Positions 54,147-62,605 of a stretch of DNA of 64,000 bases are shown here, one piece after another. A program made the translations under genes and the position numbers. The notes under the pieces are model-generated. The model was not told where the DNA came from. It ran no database searches and saw only the letters and a program-made list of their open reading frames with translations. How positions within the stretch are numbered: position 1 is the stretch's first letter; every line of letters starts with the position of its first letter. This DNA is from Eubacteriales bacterium (lineage in GTDB: Bacteria; Bacillota; Clostridia; Oscillospirales; CAG-272), in NCBI GenBank assembly GCA_045133915.1, contig JBGUUX010000100.1:69-64068 (forward strand). The letters run 5' to 3'.

Positions 54147-56078
54147 TTACTTTACTTCTATGAGATAGAAGTTATAGCTTTCGTCGTTATACTGTACCAT
54201 AAAGCTCCAACGACCCTCGGTGAGGTTATCGATAACGATCTCGCCGTTTTCGTTTACTGCATCAAGTTTCTTATACTGCATGCCGGGAGCCCTCTTGATG
54301 TTGCCCGCTGTAGTGTACTTTCCGGGAGCATATCTGATGATATACATATCGTCGAGGTTGCCAAAGGTAACTGTATTTCCGTCCTGTAACATTGTAGGGA
54401 CCTTCTTCTCTACGTTATAGTAGAAGAAGTGTTTATACCCGTTATTGTACTCGACGATTACGGTTACCTCACCCTCGTCGCGGTACTGGACCATATACTC
54501 TTCTGCATCCTTGATATCGGTCTTATTGGTGAAGTTACGCACACCTGCCGCCTTTTTGATATCTGCAACAGAGGTATAATGACCGTATGCGGTACGGATG
54601 ATCTTGATATCGGGAATATTTTGAACTATAACCTGAAGTCCGTTCTCAACAAGTACGGGATAGTCAACGGTAAGTGTATGATAAATTACGTCATAAGTAC
54701 CGTCGTTATATCTGATAAGTACGGTATAATCACCCGGCTCGTTTACGGTGCAGGTAAAATCGTGGGTTGCAAAATAGTTGGAAAGCTTAGCAGCAGATGC
54801 CTGATATTTATACTCACCGCTTGCCTTGATCTCGGAATAGTTTTCAAAGCTTCCCTTGGCAATCCACATATCATTATAATTCTCACCAAAGTCCTTTACT
54901 GTAAGCTTAACGCCGTAGGACTCAACGTAGGGAGAGATCTCGGATACCTCTGCATAGATAAAATTGCTTGAGCCGTCATTTTCTCTTACCCAGAAAGTAT
55001 ATTCACCAACCCAAGGAAGATCATAGGTAAACACACCGTTAGCGGTGTGCTTTGCTACCGTTGCGGCATCAAGAGTAAGATTTTTCTCGGCATTTTTGAT
55101 TTCATCGCCTGTGGTGTAGTTACCGAGAGCAAGGCGGATCTCCTTTACGTCATTTACGTTATTAATAGTTACGGTGTAGTTATCTACCTCTGTGATCTCG
55201 GGTGCGGGTGCGGCTTTTGCCTCAACCTTTACGGTAGCAAATGCGGGAGCCGAAACTACAGCCTCGGGATTATACTCGCCGTAGCCGCCATCTGCCCAAA
55301 TATACCACATACCCTCTTCGGGAAGTGTAAGCTCTATATAGCCGTTATCATCGGTACAGAGCTCGCCCTCGGCCTCCCCGTAGCTTCTGCCGTAGTATAC
55401 ATTGTAATAATATTCGCTCTCAAAAGCTGCCGCACCGCCGTTATTCCAGTCGGAAAAGCTGCGTACAAGACCGAGTGTAAGGCTATCACCCTCGGCAACG
55501 GCCACCTCACGGACAAGCTTGCCCTCAGCATCGGTGAAATAGTGAAATCCTGTAAGGCTATCCCCCCAGAAGGACCAGTCGGTATAATGAGCGACGTTGA
55601 GAAAATCGCCATCGTGGAGAACTATCTGGTCTGCGGTAAGTCCCCAACCGTCCACATTGGGATATGAACCATTAAGGTCATAGCGGAGATTCTCATCCTC
55701 AAAGCCGAACATTGAGGACTCAAAATAGATACTGCCCGCACCGCCAGTCACAGTAACCTCGGACCAGTCGCGACCCATAATATTCTCGTGAACATAGATA
55801 TAGAGATGAAGTGCGGTGATATCGTAATTGCCGTCACGGTCAGAGTCATAAAGATACTGCTCAAGATCATAGTCACAGAGGTCTACAGATTTAAGATCCT
55901 CTATCTTTACTGCGGTATTTGCTACAGGATCACCGTTTGCGTCTTTTACAAAATAGCTGTCATCGCTTATAGAGATATAAACGGTATCATCCCCGTCAGC
56001 CATAACGGCAAATGCCATAAGTAATGACATAACTACAGCTATAGTAATAATGCTAAGAGTTTTCATTGTCTTTTTCAT
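54147..56078 (-). CDS. Secreted protein: DUF4430-like N-terminal region plus four ~88-aa tandem domains
   Basis: The ORF opens at 56126; the preferred start is MKKTMKTLSIITIAVVMSLLMAFAVMA at 56078. The N-terminal part ends ...LHDGDFLNVAHY, which is DUF4430-like. Four repeats carry the signature K(E/I)IR.A.G.YT...(D/E)IK.A. Confidence 0.65.
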   Translation of the reverse strand: MKKTMKTLSIITIAVVMSLLMAFAVMADGDDTVYISISDDSYFVKDANGDPVANTAVKIEDLKSVDLCDYDLEQYLYDSDRDGNYDITALHLYIYVHENIMGRDWSEVTVTGGAGSIYFESSMFGFEDENLRYDLNGSYPNVDGWGLTADQIVLHDGDFLNVAHYTDWSFWGDSLTGFHYFTDAEGKLVREVAVAEGDSLTLGLVRSFSDWNNGGAAAFESEYYYNVYYGRSYGEAEGELCTDDNGYIELTLPEEGMWYIWADGGYGEYNPEAVVSAPAFATVKVEAKAAPAPEITEVDNYTVTINNVNDVKEIRLALGNYTTGDEIKNAEKNLTLDAATVAKHTANGVFTYDLPWVGEYTFWVRENDGSSNFIYAEVSEISPYVESYGVKLTVKDFGENYNDMWIAKGSFENYSEIKASGEYKYQASAAKLSNYFATHDFTCTVNEPGDYTVLIRYNDGTYDVIYHTLTVDYPVLVENGLQVIVQNIPDIKIIRTAYGHYTSVADIKKAAGVRNFTNKTDIKDAEEYMVQYRDEGEVTVIVEYNNGYKHFFYYNVEKKVPTMLQDGNTVTFGNLDDMYIIRYAPGKYTTAGNIKRAPGMQYKKLDAVNENGEIVIDNLTEGRWSFMVQYNDESYNFYLIEVK

Positions 56079-56316
56079 TTTTCTTTGCTTCCTTTCGTCT
56101 TTGCTTTGCCCGTGCGCGTCTTGCACGGTTCTTATCTATACGGCTGACCTCGGGAGGCTCTTTGAGCCCTGCAGCCTCTAACGCTCTCGGCCATGGTCCA
56201 AGCTTCTGTTTGATAAGACACACGTCATTGTCAGCAAAATCTGCTCGCTTGGGCAATCTGCCGAGCTCGGTTGCTCTGTTAATTAATAGCTGAATTGCAT
56301 ATTCTCTCTTGTCCAT
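56053..56316 (-). CDS. Small basic protein with a homing-endonuclease-associated-repeat-like motif
   Basis: ELGRLPKRADFADNDVCLIKQKLGPWPRALEAAGLK, followed by a Lys/Arg-rich tail. It is the first ORF after the riboswitch. Confidence 0.5.
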   Translation of the reverse strand: MDKREYAIQLLINRATELGRLPKRADFADNDVCLIKQKLGPWPRALEAAGLKEPPEVSRIDKNRARRARAKQRRKEAKKNEKDNENS

Positions 56317-56330
56317 ATTTTCCCCCTTTC

Positions 56331-56368
56331 AAAAATAAAAAAGTGCTTTCCTCGAACGAGAAAAGCAC
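56331..56368 (-). terminator. Riboswitch expression-platform terminator
   Basis: On the minus strand GUGCUUUUCUCG, UUC loop, GAGGAAAGCAC is followed by UUUUUUAUUUUU. Confidence 0.65.
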
Positions 56369-56389
56369 AACTGGTCTGACATATGGACA

Positions 56390-56575
56390 AAGCCGTACGG
56401 GTACAGTACGGGTATCGTGACCGGCTGCACCTCTTCTTGTCCAAGATTGCGTTTACCTATTACCATGGGAGTATTCCGGCTTGCCTTTTGGCTTACGGTA
56501 ATGACGGTTGCTAATGATTTGCACATTATTCCCAATTACCCGCTTTTGCGGTACCACAGTAATCAAATATTCGGT
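56390..56575 (-). promoter_or_regulatory. Cobalamin riboswitch
   Basis: The minus strand reads GGTACC...AATTGGGAATAATGTGCAAATCATTAGCAACCGTCATTACCGTAAGCC. This closely parallels the conserved core AATAGGGAA..GGTG.AAATCC....CAGCCCCCGCTACTGTAA. A B12-box-like AGCCGG..GATACCCG lies downstream. The operon content is consistent with corrinoid uptake. Confidence 0.65.
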
Positions 56576-56585
56576 TTACGTGATT

Positions 56586-56614
56586 ATATTATCACAGTTA
56601 TTTTGAATTTGCAA
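56586..56614 (-). promoter_or_regulatory. Promoter of the riboswitch-controlled operon
   Basis: On the minus strand: TTGCAA (56614-56609), a 17-nt spacer containing TG, then TAATAT (56591-56586). Confidence 0.45.
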
Positions 56615-57467
56615 TAGTTTTCTTAAATTTAATTTCGTTAAGTAAAGTAAAGCCCAGTATCAGCGCTCCGCCGATCCATTGCCACAGACCCATATCCTCG
56701 CCGAGCACGGTAACCGATATGACCACCGCCACAAGGGGATCTATATAGCTGAGTATAGACACCTTCTGCCCCGAGAGATTGCTCACCGAGGTGAAATACA
56801 TACAGTAGGTTATGCCGGTATGCACAAGACCTACCGTGAGAAGCGCCGCCCAGCCCTTGGTATCAAGGGTAGTAAAGTTAAATCGGTCGGTGAGTGCTAC
56901 GTAAGGGATAAGCACCGCAACGGCTGAGACAAACTGCAGAAAGGTACGGTGTATACCGTCGATAGCTTTTATGTATTTGTTCAGCAGGATAACGGTAGCA
57001 TAAAGGCACGCCGCACCAAGACCGAAGACTATACCGAGAGGGTTGCCTACCCTGCCTACGCCTGTGATAAGCACAAGACCGAGGGTGGACATAACAAAGC
57101 ATATCCAAGCCTTTGGGGTCATACGCTCCTTAAAGAGTATGGGACAGGCTACCGTCACTATAACGGGGGCAAAATAATAACTGAGAGTTGCCACCGACAC
57201 GGTGGTATACTTATACGCCTCAAAGAGAAGTATCCAGTTAAATGCCATGGCAACACCCGATATTATAACTATGGGAAGCTGCTTTTTAATCCCCTTAAAA
57301 TCTATACGCTGCCCCGTTATAAGAAGAAAGAGTCCTATAAACACCGAAGCCAGTACAGCACGGTAGAGTGCCACCTCGCCTGATGCAAGTCCCGTCATAC
57401 GCACAAAGGGGGCTATGGTGCCGAACATTGCCATTGATAAGGCTAATAATATAGTTTGTTTTTTCAT
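56598..57467 (-). CDS. EamA/DMT-family transporter
   Basis: 289 aa, about 10 TM helices, with two EamA-like halves. Confidence 0.8.
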   Translation of the reverse strand: MKKQTILLALSMAMFGTIAPFVRMTGLASGEVALYRAVLASVFIGLFLLITGQRIDFKGIKKQLPIVIISGVAMAFNWILLFEAYKYTTVSVATLSYYFAPVIVTVACPILFKERMTPKAWICFVMSTLGLVLITGVGRVGNPLGIVFGLGAACLYATVILLNKYIKAIDGIHRTFLQFVSAVAVLIPYVALTDRFNFTTLDTKGWAALLTVGLVHTGITYCMYFTSVSNLSGQKVSILSYIDPLVAVVISVTVLGEDMGLWQWIGGALILGFTLLNEIKFKKTIANSK

Positions 57468-57484
57468 GGTGAGATCCTTTTACA

Positions 57485-57692
57485 AATGCAGAATGCAGAG
57501 TGCAGAATGCAGAGTTAAGGAGATTTTTGTTGCATCAGAGCAACAAAAAGTCCATTTATTTATATTGATATAGGGAATTTGCAGATATAAGCAGTGAATT
57601 TCAGAAAACAGAAATATTATGGTATGTAGATTTTCGACCTTAAGGGAGAAAATCCACCATAATTCTGCATTCTGCATTCTGCACTCTGCATT
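57485..57692. repeat. 208-bp MITE-like element with terminal inverted repeats made of AATGCAG heptamers (copy A)
   Basis: Left end: aatgcagaatgcagagtgcagaatgcagag. Right end: its inverted complement, ctctgcattctgcattctgcactctgcatt-like. There is an internal hairpin TTTTTGTTGC...GCAACAAAAA. Apart from scattered substitutions it has the same internal sequence as 60868-61075, in the opposite orientation. Confidence 0.85.
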
Positions 57693-57697
57693 CCGAA

Positions 57698-58159
57698 TTA
57701 TTTCTCTCTCTTGTCTCTCAGCTTTTGAAAGAACTTACCCATAAGCTCAAGGCTTTCCTTTTCGCATAAGCCCTGATCTATCTCGGGCTTGTGATTGAGA
57801 GGATAGGAATTGAAATTGAGAACAGAGCCGAAGGCTCCTGCCTTGGGGTCTTTGGCTGCATATACCACACGCTTGATGCGGGAGTTGATGATAGCTCCGC
57901 CGCACATGGGACAGGGCTCAAGGGTAACGTAGAGAGTACACATAGGCAGTCTCCATCCTCCCAGCACCTTGCAGGCAGAGTCTATTGCCATAAGCTCGGC
58001 ATGGTAGGTTGCGTTTTTATCGTTTTCGCGGCGGTTGTGAGCCTTGGAGATGACCTTTCCAAGATCGTCCACCACTACCGCACCGATAGGTACCTCGCCC
58101 TCTTCAAACGCCTTTTGCGCCTCCTCTAAGGCTATATCCATATAGTATTTATCGTCCAT
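57698..58159 (-). CDS. tadA: tRNA-specific adenosine deaminase
   Basis: Zinc-binding deaminase motifs HAELMAI and PCPMCGGAI. Confidence 0.9.
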   Translation of the reverse strand: MDDKYYMDIALEEAQKAFEEGEVPIGAVVVDDLGKVISKAHNRRENDKNATYHAELMAIDSACKVLGGWRLPMCTLYVTLEPCPMCGGAIINSRIKRVVYAAKDPKAGAFGSVLNFNSYPLNHKPEIDQGLCEKESLELMGKFFQKLRDKREK

Positions 58160-58247
58160 TTGATTTCCTTTCGGCCCGTCCGTGAGGTCGGTCCCTACAA
58201 AAATTTAATTTAATGATACACTAACATAAGATATTTTGCAATATTAA

Positions 58248-58276
58248 TTGATATTTTTCTCAAATGATGATATAAT
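58248..58276 (+). promoter_or_regulatory. Promoter of the 221-aa membrane protein gene
   Basis: TTGATA (58248-58253), a 17-nt spacer ending in TGA, then TATAAT (58271-58276). Confidence 0.55.
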
Positions 58277-58302
58277 TATGCAAAACAAACCAAGAGGTCA
58301 AT

Positions 58303-58968
58303 ATGAATACTACGACACAAACAAAAAAGTCCTTTCCTATCGCGGCGATAATGTTTTTTGCCTACGTTATTATGTCCTTAGTAGCCAAGGCGATGACCAA
58401 GCTCGTCGAGCCCTATACCGGTGCTTCCAACGACTTTATCCTCTTCTACCTAATCTTTACAACCGTAGGTATACTGATGCTTGCAACAAGAAAGGTAAAT
58501 ATAGTTTATCCTATTCTTTTTGCCGTTCCTTACTTAAAGACCTTGGTGGATACCTTTATTGCGCTGGGTCATTTCTTTAACTATCCCAAGATGTTACCCC
58601 TTGTACGCTATATTGCGTGCTGTATGCTTAACCTCACTTATCTCGCTCTTGTGGGTCTGGGCTTAGTGGCTTTTATCTGCAGAAAGAAGAAGTGCAAGAT
58701 CCTTAAGCTCTGGTTTCTTCCCGCAGTGTTTTATATTGTCAGCCGACTCCTTGCTGAGATATACAATTTGGTTCCCCGTATTGCAACGTTAAACATTATA
58801 AAAGCCATCTACCCGTGCTTTGCTAACGTTATCCCCACTCTGTTGCTCGCTGCGGCATTTCTTTTCTTTGGCTTATGGCTGTATAAGATGAACTCGCTTA
58901 ACGGTACAGCCGCACCCGTAACATCCGAGCCTGAGGTTGTGGTTGAAGAAGTTCAGGAAGAACTTTAA
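58303..58968 (+). CDS. Hypothetical polytopic membrane protein (221 aa)
   Basis: AAGAGG, 5 nt, ATG. About 6 hydrophobic helices and an acidic C-terminal tail. Confidence 0.7.
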   Translation: MNTTTQTKKSFPIAAIMFFAYVIMSLVAKAMTKLVEPYTGASNDFILFYLIFTTVGILMLATRKVNIVYPILFAVPYLKTLVDTFIALGHFFNYPKMLPLVRYIACCMLNLTYLALVGLGLVAFICRKKKCKILKLWFLPAVFYIVSRLLAEIYNLVPRIATLNIIKAIYPCFANVIPTLLLAAAFLFFGLWLYKMNSLNGTAAPVTSEPEVVVEEVQEEL

Positions 58969-59058
58969 GAGAACGAAAGACGGACTTAAAAAGTCCGTCT
59001 TGATTTTTTCATAATATAGCGGTATAATTATTATTTGAATATACCAAGGAGTAACACT

Positions 59059-60285
59059 ATGACATATAAACCCGAGATACTTTCCCCTGCGGGAAATTTT
59101 GAAAAAATGAAGGCGGCTATCCTCTACGGTGCCGATGCGGTATACCTTGCCGGTAAGGTGTTTGGTATGCGCGCGGCGGCGGATAACTTTACCGTTGAAG
59201 AGATATACGAGGCGGTAAAATACGCCCACGAGAGAAACGTAAAAGTCTACGTTACCGTCAACACCATGCCAAAGGTTGACCAGTACCAGGCTCTTGAAGA
59301 ATATCTCACCTCACTTAAGGGTAGCGGTATAGATGCCCTTATAGTAGCAGATCTTGGCGTAATTGATTTAGCAAAAAGAGTTCTGCCTGAGGTTGAGCTT
59401 CATATATCCACACAGGCATCTATTGTCAGCCCCCAGACCTGTATGGCTTATTACAGAATGGGCGCAAAGCGTGTTGTTCTTGCCCGTGAGTTGAGCCTTG
59501 AACAGATCATTGAGATCAGAAAAAATATCCCCGATGACCTTGAGCTTGAGGTATTTATCCACGGCTCTATGTGCGTTTCCTGGAGCGGAAGATGTCTTCT
59601 CTCCGAGCATCTTACCGGACGTGACGCCAACTGCGGCGCTTGCACTCAGCCCTGCCGCTGGAGCTACAAGCTCTATGAGATAGTAGAGGACAAGCGCCCC
59701 GACGCTCCCCTGCCTATCGAACAGACCGAGCACGGAACCTTTATTATGTCCTCAAAGGACATGTGCATGATAGAGCATATTCCCGAGTTACTTGAGGCAG
59801 GTATCAAGTCCTTTAAGATAGAGGGACGTATGAAGAGCGCATATTATACCGCCGTTACCACCAACGCTTACCGTATGGCATTTGACCGATATATGGCAGA
59901 CCCCGAAAATTACGTTTACGATCCTGCATGGAAAAACGAGCTTGAGTCGGTAAGCCACCGTGAGTATAACACGGGCTACTTCTTCGGCAACCCCATACTT
60001 GATGCAAACCTATGCGAGTATAACGGATATCTCCGTGAAAAAGCTTATATAGCGCAGGCTCTTGGTTATGAGGAAGGTGTGGCCACCTTTATACAGCGTA
60101 ACAAGGTCTGCCTTGGCGACAAGGTAGAGGTCATCTCCCCCGGTAAGTGCGGCAGAGCTTTTGATATAACCCTTATGACAGACGAAAAGGGCGAGGCCAT
60201 AGAATCTGCGCCCCACCCCGGAATGATATTTAAGATAAACGCTCCCTTTGAAATATTGCCCGGTGATATAATAAGATATGCCTAA
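59059..60285 (+). CDS. Peptidase U32 family protein
   Basis: MTYKPEILSPAGNFEKMKAAILYGADAVYLAG... matches the family start. The conserved E..IHGSMC.S.SGRCLLS segment is present. Preferred start at 59059 (AAGGAG, 7 nt). Confidence 0.85.
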   Translation: MTYKPEILSPAGNFEKMKAAILYGADAVYLAGKVFGMRAAADNFTVEEIYEAVKYAHERNVKVYVTVNTMPKVDQYQALEEYLTSLKGSGIDALIVADLGVIDLAKRVLPEVELHISTQASIVSPQTCMAYYRMGAKRVVLARELSLEQIIEIRKNIPDDLELEVFIHGSMCVSWSGRCLLSEHLTGRDANCGACTQPCRWSYKLYEIVEDKRPDAPLPIEQTEHGTFIMSSKDMCMIEHIPELLEAGIKSFKIEGRMKSAYYTAVTTNAYRMAFDRYMADPENYVYDPAWKNELESVSHREYNTGYFFGNPILDANLCEYNGYLREKAYIAQALGYEEGVATFIQRNKVCLGDKVEVISPGKCGRAFDITLMTDEKGEAIESAPHPGMIFKINAPFEILPGDIIRYA

Positions 60286-60374
60286 AAAAGCGGCAAGTTG
60301 CCGCACCCATACTACGCCCTTTTGTGTAGTGATACAAATCACACGGAATAGAGAAAATTCCTATATATTAAAAA

Positions 60375-60406
60375 AACAAAAGTCGGTTTTAAAACCGACT
60401 TTTTTC
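60375..60406. terminator. Bidirectional terminator between the U32 gene and ridA
   Basis: A-run, AGTCGGTTTT/AAAACCGACT stem, T-run. Confidence 0.7.
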
Positions 60407-60412
60407 ATTTAA

Positions 60413-60443
60413 TTTCGCATTACGAATTACGCATTGCGAATTA
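60413..60443. repeat. Degenerate solo TIR-like heptamer tract
   Basis: ttcgcattacgaattacgcattgcgaatta. Compare the right end of copy A, ctgcattctgcactctgcattccgaatta. Both abut the stop codon of a minus-strand gene. Confidence 0.5.
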
Positions 60444-60815
60444 TATTTCAGCTATGACCTCAACCTCTACAAGAACGTTTCTGGGCAGCTGCTTTGCGGC
60501 TACACAGCTTCTTGCAGGCTTGCCTGTGAAGTATCTACCGTACACCTCGTTGAATGCGGCAAAGTCTGCCATATCAGAAAGGAAGCAGGTGGTCTTGACA
60601 GCCTTTTCGATGCTTGTTCCCGCTGCTTCAAGAACAGCACAGAGGTTCTTACATACCTGCTCGGTCTGATCGGTTATGGTCTCTGCTTTGATCCGGCCGT
60701 CTGCGGGGTCTATTGCTATCTGTCCCGAGGTAAACACAAGGTTACCTACCACCATTGCCTGAGAGTAGGGTCCTATTGCATCGGGGGCGGACTTTGTATA
60801 TACTATCTTGCTCAT
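60441..60815 (-). CDS. ridA: RidA/YjgF-family reactive intermediate deaminase
   Basis: SAPDAIGPYSQAMVVGNLVFTSGQI...ARSCVAAKQLPRNVLVEVEVIA. Confidence 0.9.
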   Translation of the reverse strand: MSKIVYTKSAPDAIGPYSQAMVVGNLVFTSGQIAIDPADGRIKAETITDQTEQVCKNLCAVLEAAGTSIEKAVKTTCFLSDMADFAAFNEVYGRYFTGKPARSCVAAKQLPRNVLVEVEVIAEI

Positions 60816-60867
60816 ATTTGTTTCTCCTATATCGTTGATTTTATTTATCCCAAACAGGGAGATCTAA

Positions 60868-61075
60868 AATGCAGAGTGCAGAATGCAGAATGCAGAATTA
60901 TGGTTGATTTTCTCCCTTTAGGTCGAAAATCGACATATCATCATATTTCTGTTTTCTGAAATTTACTGCTTATATCTGCAAATTTCCAATATCAATGTAA
61001 TCAAATGGAATTTTTGTCACCGACAGGTGGCAAAAATCTCCTCAATTCTGCATTCTGCACTCTGAATTCTGCATT
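60868..61075. repeat. 208-bp MITE-like heptamer-TIR element (copy B, inverted relative to copy A)
   Basis: Same length as copy A. The internal sequence is the reverse complement of 57485-57692 with scattered substitutions. The internal hairpin is TTTTTGTCACC...GGTGGCAAAAA. Confidence 0.85.
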
Positions 61076-61099
61076 CAAAGGAGGCATTTTGCATTTTAA

Positions 61100-62299
61100 T
61101 TAATTGTCAATTATTTTAAATCCATGCTCTTTGAGCGTATTGGTAATAAGCTGAACGTGATCGTAGTCTCTTGTCTCCATCTCGATACGCAGGTAACAGC
61201 CGTTGATGCTGGTGGTATCCCCTGCTCTCTCGTGGTGAACGCCCGTTACGTTACCGCCGCACTGTGCGATAAGGCTTGATACAGCAACAAGCTGACCCGG
61301 CTTATCAAGAAGCTCGATGGTAAGACGGCTAGAGCGTCCCGACTTCATAAGACCGCGGTCTATAACGCGGGAAAGGCTGGTAACGTCGATATTACCGCCC
61401 GAAACAAGGCTTACTACCTTCTTGCCCTTAATGGGGAACTTGCCGTGCATAGCCGCAGCTACCGCTACAGCACCTGCTCCCTCTGCTACCATCTTCTGCT
61501 TTTCGATAAGGGCAAGGATAGCCGAGCATACCTCGTCGTCGGTAACAAGGGCGATATCGTCAACGTATTTACTGATAAGGTCAAAGGTGTTCTCGCCCGG
61601 CTGCTTTACCGCAATACCGTCGGCAACTGTGGAGACCGAATCGAGTGTCTCGATAGCTCCGTTACGTACCGAGTTATACATACTGGGAGCGCCTGTCGCC
61701 TGAACGCCGTATACCATGATGGAGGGTCTTATCTGCTTAACTGTATACGCAATACCCGAGATAAGTCCGCCACCGCCGATAGGCACGATGATAGCGTCAA
61801 GATCGTCAAGATCGTTTAATATCTCAAGTGCTACGGTTCCCTGTCCTGCGATAACGTTCTCGTCATCAAAGGGATGAACAAAGGTATATCCCTCGCTGTC
61901 GCGAAGCTCTAATGCCTTTTTGTATGCATCGTCATAGCATCCGGGAACAAGGCATACGTCTGCTCCGTAGCCCTTGGTAGCCTCTACCTTGGAGATAGGT
62001 GCGGTATCGGGCAGGCAGATAAGGGACTTGATGCCGTTCTTTGATGCGGCAAGGGCAACGCCCTGAGCGTGGTTGCCTGCAGAGCATGCTATAACGCCCT
62101 TTGCCTTCTCCTCTTCGGAAAGCATAGCTATCTTGTAGCCTGCGCCTCTTACCTTAAAGGAGCCTGTTATCTGCAGGTTCTCGGGCTTTAAGTAAAGTCG
62201 GCAGTCCTCTGCTATGCCGTATGCACGGACACAGTTGGTAGGTCTGATGATGTTTCGCAGTACTGTCTGCGCATTGAAAATCTTGTCAAGTGTCAACAT
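61100..62299 (-). CDS. ilvA: Threonine ammonia-lyase (short form with a C-terminal ACT-like domain)
   Basis: The PLP site is ENLQITGSFKVRGA, and GGGGLISG is present. The ORF opens at 62440, but the GAGGT, 7 nt, ATG start at 62299 (MLTLDKIFNAQ) is preferred because the upstream part is the T-box leader. Confidence 0.85.
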   Translation of the reverse strand: MLTLDKIFNAQTVLRNIIRPTNCVRAYGIAEDCRLYLKPENLQITGSFKVRGAGYKIAMLSEEEKAKGVIACSAGNHAQGVALAASKNGIKSLICLPDTAPISKVEATKGYGADVCLVPGCYDDAYKKALELRDSEGYTFVHPFDDENVIAGQGTVALEILNDLDDLDAIIVPIGGGGLISGIAYTVKQIRPSIMVYGVQATGAPSMYNSVRNGAIETLDSVSTVADGIAVKQPGENTFDLISKYVDDIALVTDDEVCSAILALIEKQKMVAEGAGAVAVAAAMHGKFPIKGKKVVSLVSGGNIDVTSLSRVIDRGLMKSGRSSRLTIELLDKPGQLVAVSSLIAQCGGNVTGVHHERAGDTTSINGCYLRIEMETRDYDHVQLITNTLKEHGFKIIDN

Positions 62300-62340
62300 A
62301 GTTTTTACCTCAGCAAAATATACTTGTCTTCGGAATCTAA

Positions 62341-62598
62341 AATAAAAAAATCTCAAAGCCGTTTTGCTTTGAGACGGGTGTATTACACTCGCGGTACCAC
62401 TCAAATTGCGATAATTATCGCCACTCATGGAGTCTGACAACTCCTTTGCCTTAACGCAGCTTCACGGAGAGAATTACTTATTTTCACGCTCTCAGCTCGG
62501 AAGTGATGGCAATAGACAGCTTGTATATCGGCTTTCACCTGCCGCCGACTCTCTGGATACTCTGCCGCCCTTGCGTCTTCGTCATTGCTTTTAGAAAT
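62341..62598 (-). promoter_or_regulatory. T-box leader (probable Ile specifier) with terminator
   Basis: On the minus strand: an AGAGAG box plus a GGTGAAA distal loop. The T-box sequence is AATTTGAGTGGTACCGCGAG (62407-62388). The terminator is UCUCAAAGC...GCUUUGAGA followed by U7. The candidate specifier AUC-A lies in ...UUGCCAUCACUUCC.... Confidence 0.75.
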
Positions 62599-62605
62599 TA
62601 AGACG

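Noticed and set aside
57480-57677. 65-aa minus-strand ORF (MQNAELWWIF...) and similar ORFs (45587-45772) overlapping the heptamer-TIR repeats
   Set aside because: They are created by the repeat sequence itself. The heptamer arrays translate as AECRMQ/LHSALCIL in any copy, there is no RBS, and the element occurs in both orientations.
45641-61075. Whether the AATGCAG heptamer arrays are CRISPR arrays or tandem-repeat loci
   Set aside because: The units are only 7 bp long, contiguous and without spacers, and they form inverted termini of a 208-bp element. No cas genes are present and there is no repeat-spacer periodicity.
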